A stretch of 64,000 nucleotides of DNA from Trichosphaerium sp. ATCC 40318 (taxonomy: Eukaryota; Protista; Tubulinea): the NCBI GenBank assembly GCA_038496445.1, contig JALMLS010000635.1:58755-122754 (forward strand). The letters run 5' to 3'. Below are positions 54,155-64,000 of the stretch, one piece after another. The translations under genes and the position numbers were made by a program. Position 1 is the stretch's first letter; each line of letters opens with the position of its first letter. Below the pieces are notes generated by a model, which made no database searches, had not been told where the DNA came from, and worked only from the letters and a program-made list of their open reading frames with translations.

Positions 54155-57100
54155 ATGGAGGTTGATCAGGCGTTAAAGGATATTTTTCTAGTATCTCTTG
54201 ACGCAAGTACAACAGGAAAATACACGTATTATGCCGAGTTGGCAACATCTATTGCCTTGAGCGATTCATTAGATGTTATGGATACTACAGATACAAGTGA
54301 CCAGCCCAGCTTTTTTTTAGAGCAAGGTATTTGTTTTAACGCGTTTTTGAAACGAAAAAAAACTAAATCAGTTAAAGTGCCCCAAACGGTACTCCAAAGA
54401 CACCCACAAGCTACTGGTTGGTCTTCAACAGCGCCCATTGTTAATTTTGACGCTATTCTATCGTCTGTGTCTGAAAAGTGCGTAAACAAATTATTTGTTA
54501 ATACTGACAGCTTTGACATAGTAACACGAGGCCGTTGATACTCAATACAAGCCATACACCTGCTATATTGCGTTGTTGTGCGAACTATCCACAAGGAGGT
54601 TTCTCTTGGTGTGTAGGCGCGTATAACCGTGCCAAGCAATACCAAAAGGTGAAATTAGAGCTTCAGAAAAAAACTTTTTAGCTGAAAACCGTCTTTTTTG
54701 TTAGAAATGGCCTAAAGTCGTTGATGAAGTACTCCCTCATATTATGAATCATATAAAGCAATTATTAATATTTGAACAACACTCACAAATGGATAACACT
54801 GTACGCTTTTTTTTTTTATTTTGTGCAAAGCGAGAATTTACTTTGTTGGTATTGTATGTCGTCTAATTCTTCCCAAGAATGATCCCGTTGGTAACTCACA
54901 ACTTCTTAATCATTTTGCGAATGTACCTGATGCACTAGTCGCTGAGCTAGCGCAAGTCTGTGCGCGTGAAGAGGCTGTAGTTGGTAGGATTTTTTTTGCC
55001 TTTTTAGTTGTACCGTTATCACCTCTTACCAATTTCTGTAGTTTTCTCTCCACTTGTTTCACAAGTCGTCGTTGCAATGAAACATGTTGTAAAACAAGGT
55101 GATGTATTCTCAAGTGCGTACCAATTGACTGTTATCTATAACTTGCTAATTTTGGTTTTGTTTTTTTTAGCGGATATTTTCGAGCTTTTCAAGAAACTTA
55201 AAGCGCTTATGAACTATCCACCGTTACTGGAGCTATTTGCATGCATGCTAGGGTGAGTAAGAGCGCTACATTCATCTTCAAAAAAAAAAAGACAAAAACT
55301 CATGTAGCACGTGTATTTACACGTGTTTTTATGTTTTGTTTTTTTTTCGAGCGTATAAAATGCTAATAAGAGTATTCAGTTTGGAGCTTGAGAAATCACA
55401 ACAAGCTACTGCACGTTCAATGGAAAATGATTCAATAATTGGACCTTTCTTGCAACTGTCTTCAATGAATAGCCCTACCAATCACTTTAATAGTGATCAA
55501 ATCAGGAATTACCCTAGGTGCGGTACTGCTGCTCTTCATCAACATCAAGATAAATACAGAAAAGTATTTACAGGCATGCAGGTATAATGACACAAAAGCT
55601 TTAAGATTTATTTTTTATGTTCTTATTTTTTTTTTTCATAGCGAGAGATGCACTTTATTTTAAAGAAGCTATGTGTATTTAAGTCTCCTAATGTACAAGC
55701 AAGAAAAATATTACTCATGTGGTTCGCTAAAACAGCACAACTTAATGAAATGCGCACTACATTAGCAGCAAATGATCCATTATACTACGAGGTATGTTTA
55801 TTATTTTTTCGAGAAAAACAAACTTGTTGCATGTGTTGTCTTCTTAAAAAAACCTGTAGTTGTCTCTCATGGCGTCATCAGATGCATTTTCAGTAAATCT
55901 TACTGCTATCATGCTTCTATTTTGCAAGCCCTTTCTGTACCCATCAACTGACAAGATCCGATTAATCAATCCACATTACGCCAGAGTGAGCAAACAAAAT
56001 CGTTATTTTGTTGTATGTGTTGAGCTCTCTAACAATTTCTTCTCCTTTAGTATAATCAATTGATAGATTACACTAAACAAACAACATTACTTACATCAAC
56101 ATACCCCGATGTTGCTGTGGATACAAAGATAAAAATGGGAACATTCAACTTTATTACAGATATTTTCTTTACAACGTTTCACATGATATTCGTTGGGTAC
56201 CTTCTAGTTCTTTATTTTCTTTTTACGGCTTATAGTTTGTAATAATATTATCGTAGAATAATGCCTATTGTTGAGCGTCATTCTAAGCATCTAACAGCTT
56301 TATTGAATACGAAACAAAAAGCTGCAAATCTTCAAAAACTTTATGGTTAGTAACTTTTTTTTTCGTTCCGATTGCTTAATCTTACACTACATTAAAGGAG
56401 CTGACTGGCATCAAACAAAAGATGGAAAGGCTCTTGATAAAGCATTAACTAAGCTATTTGCTTTAGTAGATGCATGGGATACTCACGCACTTGCACCCGA
56501 GTTGGTGAACAGTTGCTTGAAGTACCTTCATTTTTTATACTATGCCTAACTAATTTACATTTTAGCTTCTGCTATACTGCTATGCATTTCTTAGTAAAAA
56601 CCTACGAGGAATACCAACCTAAGGGACAAGCTGAAGCAGTATTTTCTGCATTCCCAGAGTACTTTATTCGTGTACCACTTGTACGTGTTTACAAAATCCG
56701 ATCGAAGCAAGTTTACGCTAAATTATTCCTAGCAATATGTTGCGTTTGTAGCACGTCAAAAACCGGCTATACTGAATACTCTAAGACTTGGACTTGTTAT
56801 TGATTTTATTGTTATATTTATGAATGCAACACATATTGTAAAGAGCCCTATCGTTAGGTATGTTCAAGAACAAACTGGAAAGAAAAAAATACACTTTTTT
56901 GGTTCTTTTTTTTTTATGTTTATGACTACTCTTAGGGCTAAATTTGCTACCTTACTTGCTGAGTTACAATACCAAAGTAAGAGAAAGACACCAGGCCCAA
57001 AGTACCAACAAAATTCTTTTTCATTCAACTCCACACAACGTAAGATTAGAACGATTATAAAAATGATATTTATATATTTAACTTTTTTTTTTTCCAAAAC

Positions 57101-59921
57101 AGCATCTTTGGGTCCTACGTCTGCTTTCCAGTCTCTGTACAAAAATTTCTTCATAAGCAACAAAAGATGTCAAAAAGATCTTGTGCCTGGACTTATGAAT
57201 ACATTCATCAACCTAGATGTAGTAGAGGTATAATTTGAAAAAAAAAGCACATACAACTTAACAGTATAAGAATTGACTTAACTAAAAAACAGGGCCTGGA
57301 CGTTGATAAAGAAAAGTATGATAAATACGCTGTTAGAAGGAACATAGCAATGCTCATTACTGATCTATGGGGCGTACCAATGTATAAAAAGATTATAACT
57401 CAGGTATGCACGAGTAGTTGGAACAAAGTCCGCCATTAATGTTTGTTTTAACAACTAGTTACTGTTAAATGACAAGTCAGAAGAAGCTCAACAGTTCCTT
57501 TCTACAATATTGAACGATGCTATCATGCTACTCAATGATGCGTTGGGACGATTAGTAGATATTAAACAGCTTCAAATGGCTATGAAAGACGTTGCTACGT
57601 GGAATGCTCAACCTGCCGAAACGTACAGCGTTCTTTGCTTGAACTGGAAACTCATATTTTTATAGTAAAAAGCGCCGTGAGGGATACTTTGGCGTACAAG
57701 AAAGGACTGTCAAGGTATTCTTTTTTTTCGCGTAGATAGCAACAGCTTACTTGGTTTCTTAATTTTTCTGCTAGGGATTCATGTCACTTGCAATTGCTAT
57801 TTTAGAGTTACTACAGCATTTATCGAGCACAAGGACTCTAGCATCAAAGTTTATGTCAAACAAACTTACTGCGTTCAAAACAGTATCTATGCTCACCCGC
57901 TTCTATGAGCAGATAGTAGGGCCTAAATTCAACGATCTTAATGTTGATAACCCTCAAAAATATAACTTTAAGCCACAGGTACGTACCGTAATATCTTAAG
58001 TCACTTTTACTAAACTATGACTTCTTTATAGGATCTTTTGAAGCGCATCATAGCGATTACAATGGGTTTTGCTCATGAGAAAATATTTGTTCATATGTTT
58101 GCAGAAGATATGGATTACGCTCATGAGTACATGAACAAAGGTAGGCGCATTATTGTTGATTATGATCTAAATCTGACTTAACCAAGTTATTGTTTAAGTT
58201 ACTTGTTTGTTTTAAGACTGACTTTGATCTTTTAGCATTATATGTTGTAAACAAACACTCCCTGCTAACGAAAGAAGCCATTGGAAACTTTAGAAAATTT
58301 GTTTTTGATGTATTAGCTGTCTTTGAAGCAGAACAAGCCAAACGTACTCAAATTTATTTTGCTTTTGATGATTGTTCCTAATTATCGCCTTAGTACCTCA
58401 AATTGATGAAATTGAGGACCCTATGCTTGTAGAATTAAGTCCTGAGGTCCAGGCAGAAAAAGATCGCGGTACGCTTCTCACAGAGGGCAAACAATTGGTG
58501 TTTTTTTTTTTGCTTACTAATGAAGAGTTCCACATGTTTTCTTTTTCTGTTATTCTTTGTGCTAATTTTTATTGTTTTGTAGAGGTTGATGAAGCTTATG
58601 TGGAGACCTTGCAAGATCTTGTATTCGATTCTGTTGAGATGTTTGATGATAATGGAGAATACAGGCATAGATTTGCTAAAAATATTAAAGCATCAGAAAA
58701 TTCATTCAATAAACAAAAAATAGAACGTTTAACAAAGGTACCACTTAAAATATGTTCACAAAATTAGCAACTTGAAATCCATAATATTATTTTTTCAGCA
58801 CGACACGTGCAAGTCTTCAACGTTGGTTTTCAAAAAAGAATTCCTTGTTTCTTCTTTTTTTCTATTTTTTTTTTTCTGGTTGTTGTGTACTCACTATCAT
58901 CTTTTAGGAATGTAAGATGCTTTCTGGTAGTTTACCTATAAACAGAGGTTCTTCTGTATTCGTAAGAACGGACGACGAGAGAATTGATGTTATGAAGGTA
59001 TGCCAACTTTCTTGTAAAACAATTCTGATTTTTTTCTTACTTTTTTTTTTTTCAAACAGGCGATCATCACAGGACCAAAAGGGACACCTTATGGATGCGG
59101 ATGTTTTCTATTCGATATATTCTTTCCACCAACATATCCTAACGACCCACCCCTTGTAAATATAACTGTACGTCCTTCCTTGTTGTCAAACTTTTTTTTT
59201 GTTTTGTCCAAAAAGAGCTACAAACTAACTAAACTTAGACCACTGGTAATGGGACAGTTCGTTATAATCCAAATCTATATAGTGACGGTAAAGTATGCTT
59301 GTCATTATTGGGTACATGGCATGGTGACAAATCATCCAAATGGAACTCTGTATCATCAACACTATACCAAGTACGATCCCTTTTAAAATATTTTTTTATC
59401 TCGAAATACTTCCCTCTTATTTTTGTCTCTTTCTTTGTAATACGCGCCTGTAATCAACTTCTTTTATTATATTCTTAGTGATACTTGTCTTAACGATTTT
59501 TTTACAGGTGCTTGTGAGTATCCAAGGGCTTATACTAATTGAAGAGCCTTACTTTAATGAACCTTCATATGAAGCACAGAGAAACACAAAAGAAGGTTCT
59601 TTACGTTCAAAGGAGTATAACGAACAACTCCAATATGATACAATACGATGGGCAATGGTAGATAGTATTAAAAACCCTCCAGAAGGTACGAAACAAAAGA
59701 AGAGAAACGTCACATTCAATGGCGTTCTTTAACATTTTTTTTTTTTGTTAGGATTCGAGGAAGTCATACAAAATCATTTCCTCATTGATGGTGATGATAT
59801 TCTTCGTCAATGCGAACGTTGGATTTCAGAAGCATCTGATACTATGAAACCGAAGCTAAAGCGTGTTGTTGGAGAATTTAAGAGAGCATTAGCACAATTA
59901 AAAGCGAAAAGTAACCAGTAA
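54155..59921 (+). CDS. Chimeric ubiquitination enzyme: Ufd2/UBE4 core fused to a BIRC6-like UBC (E2) domain, lacking a U-box
   Basis: Ufd2 core motifs [83 protein letters not shown] motifs [72 protein letters not shown]. Junction introns are phase-consistent. Confidence 0.88.
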
Positions 59922-60474
59922 AAAAGGAAAAAAAAAAGAATAAATATGAGGAGTTTAAAAAAAGTTTTCACTATTCAAGTAGGACTTGTGCTTTGACCAG
60001 GTCTTATTGTTAAGAGCACGTGACTATGGAATAAGCCGGAAGCTCTAGACCCAACAACGTTTGAACAAAGGTAAAATGACAACTAAGGAGCGCACGTAAT
60101 AGTCCAATCACAGAAGTGACAAACTTGTTTCTCTGCCTAATGAGATATGCGGCGTGTAAAGATTTAGCGTCAGAAACCACAAGCCTTACGCTATTAATGA
60201 AGCTTGTTTTCCACTGGCTTTAGGCAATATCTGACAAAACAGTATCTTTCATACTAAGTAGGGGCGCTTATACATAGGCTCCTATGTACATCTACAAGTT
60301 TCTGTATAATTTAAAAGAAAGTGTCACAAATACAAGTCCATGACAAAATGCACCTATTAACTACGAGACCGAAATACAAGTATTTGTTTATTGTACATTT
60401 GGATGTTGCTTTGAAAAATGGTGGCTCTTTGTCCACCTTCCTGAAGAGCTACTTAACCCTCTAACAAGATTGTT

Positions 60475-61239
60475 TTACATCATAGTGCAACGTCTCTTTC
60501 GTTTAAAAGGTTTTGGTAAACCTGAATCTCGGTCCTTCCTTATCTCTCGTACAAGTTGATAAAAAGCTTCTTCAACATTTTCACGTGTTTTAGCTGATGT
60601 CTCAAAAAAAGGAATGCTGTAATGCTTTCCAAGCTCTTCTCCTTCTTCTTTAGTAACTACTCTTTGTTCTTCTAAATCGACTTTATTCCCAACTATTACT
60701 GAAGGGACATAATCTAGATCCTTCATCCTAAAATGAATCAACAAACCTTTTTTGATAAAATAATGCGAAAATTGGATTGTCAACTTGCCAAGTGTTCTGT
60801 ACCTTCTAATTTGGTCATAGAAAGCTGGTAGTTCCTCAAAAGATGTGCGGCTTGTAATAGCGTAAACAAGTAAATATCCTTGCCCTGTTCTCATGTACTG
60901 TACGTTAACAAATAAGTTAGTTACACATGGTAGCTGGCAAAGTGCTTACTTGATCACGCATTACATTGTACTCTTCTCTGCCTGCTGTATCAAGAATATC
61001 CAAGAGAAGCGTCTCATCATCTACAATACATCGTTTGCGATACCTACATAAGGTTATAAGGCGTTTGAACAAAGAGTAAAGTAAAATGCGTAAAAGTGTT
61101 TTTAATTGATTAAAAACGCTTACGAATCTTCTATGGTAGGGTCGTATTCATCAACAAAGTGGTTTTGAACAAGTTGTATTGTAAGTGCTGATTTACCGAC
61201 ACCACCATCGCCAATAACAACTATTTTATATTCAGTCAT
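60475..61239 (-). CDS. ras: Ras GTPase paralog 5 (DTAGREEY; CaaX CTMM)
   Basis: [53 protein letters not shown]; three introns. Confidence 0.93.
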
Positions 61240-61510
61240 CCAAGGTGCTTCCCCGTTATGTTACAAACTGCTGCTATTGTTGTACTTGACTTCATTAGAA
61301 TGATAAAAATAGAATTCAATGCATTTTATTATTAGAAATTTCAGTAGATGACGAAGAATCTACCCTATCTGTCAACCAAATGAGAGTACAACTAATCTAT
61401 CAAGCTCAAATTCAGCTTTGTAGTTCCAACCGTCAGTGATAAAACAGTTAATTATTGTTGTCAAACAGCCAGTATTCATGAAGTAAAAAAATTCGTTCAC
61501 TATTCATCAC

Positions 61511-61877
61511 CATAGTGCAACGTCTCATTTGTTTAATAGGTTTAGATGTAGCTGGATCTCAGTGCTTCCTTATCTCTCGTACAAGTTGATAAAAAGCTTC
61601 TTCAACATTTTCACGTGTTTTAGCTGATGTCTCATAAAAAGGAATGGAGTAATACTGCTTTCCCAGCTCTTTTCCTTCTTCTTTATAACTTGTCTCTGTT
61701 CTACTAAATCAACTTTATTCCCAACTATTACTGAAGGAACAGAATCTAGATCCTTCATCCTAAAATGAATCAACAAACCATTTTGATAAAATAATGGGAA
61801 AATTGGATTGTCAACTTATCAAGTGTTCCGTAATATAGAGAAGTCATCTCTGGCTGTATCAAAAATATCCAATACAA
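61511..61877 (-). pseudogene. Ras pseudogene (copy of paralog 3), internally deleted and interrupted by a TIR element
   Basis: Shares [11 protein letters not shown] with Ras3. Exon 3 is deleted, there is a 1-nt frameshift (gttataaagaag vs gttactaaagaag), the 3' end is deleted after ctatg, and exon 2 breaks at 61877. Confidence 0.88.
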
Positions 61878-64000
61878 CAGGTCTGAAAATTATCATGGTA
61901 TAATACCATATTTTATGGTATAATCACCTTTTATGGTACAAGCTCAGTATAATCCATAATTATACCATATAATTATACCATAAAATATGGTATAATACCA
62001 TGTTTTTTGGACAAATGGTATAACAGCCATTATACCATGTTTATACCATATCTCAATTTATAGAATATAATTATACCATAAAACATGGTACTATACCATG
62101 GTATTATACTGCATTTTAAAGTATATTATACCATGCATTATACCATATAATTATACCATAAAACACAGTATTATACCATGGTATTATACCACATTTTACA
62201 GTATATTATACCATGCATTATACCATATAATTATACCATAAACATGGTACTATACCATGGTATTATACTGCATTTTAAAGTATATTATACCACGCATTAT
62301 ACCATATAATTATACCATAAAACACAGTATTATACCATGGTATTATACCACATTTTACAGTATATTATACCATGCATTATACCATATAATTATACCATAA
62401 AACACAGTATTATATCATGGTATTATACTGTATTTTACAGTATTGTATACCGTGCATTATACCATATAATTATACCATAAAATGTGGTATTATACCGTGG
62501 TATTATACTGTATAAGTATAAGTTAGTCAAAGCTCACTTGGTCTGCACTTGATTTAATAGCATATGGACCTACACAAACGCCATACCACACAATGCTTTG
62601 ACAGTAGCCGTTATTGAACATAATTGGCATATAAATGTGTGAAAAACAGTTTTAAGAGAGAAATCTGGTAACGCACCCCAATTACAGGCGTTTTAGGGAT
62701 AAATTGGCCAACTTTCTCCGATTAATGGTATTTGAGGAAGAAACCACTCCGCGTACCCCATGTTAGAACGCTACAGTGGTATACACACCAAAAACGTGTT
62801 TAGCGCTCGAAAAATGCCCATTCGCAAAAAACCTCCAATTGGAGGTTTTTTCCGGCTCTCATTTTTTTCTCCCCTCCATACGCATTTTTACACTCAATCA
62901 ACGCCATACAGCCTCATTTACCAAATCAAGAGCAAAATTATTTATTTTTTTTTGACATTCTTGATATATGCCCCAATGTGTGTTAAACCACGCGATTAGT
63001 GATATAAGGCAAAGTTGTTTCAGAGCCTACCCATTTTTCGAGTTTTTTGGTTTTTTTTGGATTTTTTTGATTTTTTTGGTTTTTTCCTACCAAACGCCCG
63101 CATTTGCCGGAACAGATAGCATTTAGGCTCTGCACCCATGCGTTGACCTTACGAGTGATATTGTAAATTAATTGGCTAAGCCAGGGCATAAAACTAAGTT
63201 TTGACCAGTTTATTGCCCACACAACACAAGGTACGCTAGAAAGTAGTTGTTTTAAAGCTGTTTGCCATAGGTTTTACAGGCTTAATAGGTGATATAAAAA
63301 ACAAAACGTGTTAGCCGCCCAACCAGGTACTATTCCGCTAGAACTCGTTTCCGATGAGGTTGGTAGCTATTTTCATTTCTTTGTTTTAGTCTTGGTTTGG
63401 CTTCACCGTGCAGGTCATTTGTTACTCTCAGCGCTGCCATAAAACAACAATTTTTGTACGACTATTTATTTTGTGTACAAGAAACCAAGCCAGCGCTAAC
63501 TCTTCTTTTAGGTTTCATGCTATATCCATTCAATGCACTTACAGCAAGTACGATCTGTTCTTTTAAGGTTATTTGATCACTGCAAAAAAGGACATGGGCA
63601 AAACTAAAAGTCACGGATGTAAACAAAAAAAAGATGTATTAATAAATGTGTTTTTATTTTTAGAACAGTTTTTACACAGTATAATACACCTGGTTTTGTG
63701 GTATAATCTACCAAGTTTTAAGGTATAATATACCAGGCTTTATGGTATTATACTGTGTTTTATACCATGTTTTATGGTAGAATTATACCATATAATGCAT
63801 TTTTTCAGGTGAAAAAATATGGTATAAATTCGCACTTTCTACTGTATATTTATGGTATAATTTGGCTGTTTCATGGTATAAATCCTTTGATTTATGGTAT
63901 ATTATACTGGAATTTGTGGTATAAAATTGGAATCAATGGTATAATTATACCACAAATTCATGGTATCTACCATAAAAACAGCTTGAGAATTTTAGACCTG
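61878..64000. mobile_element. Non-autonomous TIR DNA transposon (hAT/foldback-like) with repetitive subterminal arms
   Basis: Left end caggtctgaaaattatcatg vs reverse complement of the right end caggtctaaaattctcaag. Both arms are packed with tataccat/atggtata motifs. It begins exactly where Ras exon 2 homology stops. No long ORF. Confidence 0.8.
62067..62510. repeat. 80-bp tandem repeat, ~5.5 copies with A/B alternating variants
   Basis: Unit ataattataccataaaacatggtactataccatggtattatactgcattttaaagtatattataccatgcattataccat at ~62067, 62147, 62227, 62306, 62386 and 62466 (partial). Confidence 0.92.

Larger units (their letters stand above)
60170..61877 (-). repeat. Inverted segmental duplicate of ~48740-50900 (Ras3 3' part, spacer, Ras4 and its 3' flank)
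   Basis: Non-coding flanks match in reverse complement, e.g. 49445-49570 vs 61390-61510 and 50560-50770 vs 60260-60475. Confidence 0.9.

Noticed and set aside
62067-62510. Possible CRISPR array
   Set aside because: No unique spacers, eukaryotic context and no cas genes; it is a tandem repeat.
63400-63610. Cys-rich peptide CPCPFC...CCKC on the minus strand inside the TIR element
   Set aside because: Too short and stop-bounded to call a transposase remnant.
1-64000. Alternative genetic code, tRNA or rRNA genes
   Set aside because: In-frame stops fall in GT-AG introns, all three stops terminate genes, and no tRNA or rRNA structure was recognised.

Overview
AT-rich, gene-dense, intron-rich eukaryotic DNA with short GT-AG introns (often GTACG donors) and the standard genetic code. 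It is most consistent with a free-living amoeboid or other heterotrophic protist (inference). About 25 spliced or partial genes were reconstructed by eye. They include a Clu-TPR-LRR protein, a FAX/metaxin-type GST, a C2 protein, cystathionine gamma-lyase, a CAP surface protein, F-box proteins, a nucleoside hydrolase, a peroxisomal crotonase, a TIMP-like protein, HAAO, MCM10 and two surface proteins. The most notable items are: (1) a single spliced gene fusing a Ufd2/UBE4 E4-ligase core to a BIRC6-like E2 (UBC) domain in place of the U-box; (2) six Ras paralogs, all lacking catalytic Gln61 (Q61R/K/G, one also G12I), arranged partly as an inverted duplication bracketing that gene; (3) a piggyBac-like DDD transposase with SAP-PHD-SAP modules inside its catalytic core and a -1 frameshift at A_AAA_AAA; (4) a 2.1-kb non-autonomous TIR element with an 80-bp tandem array inserted in a Ras pseudogene; (5) a ubiquitin pseudogene in a Ras 3' flank; and (6) strong CACGTG enrichment. 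Exon boundaries are manual and domain names come from motif recognition, not database searches.
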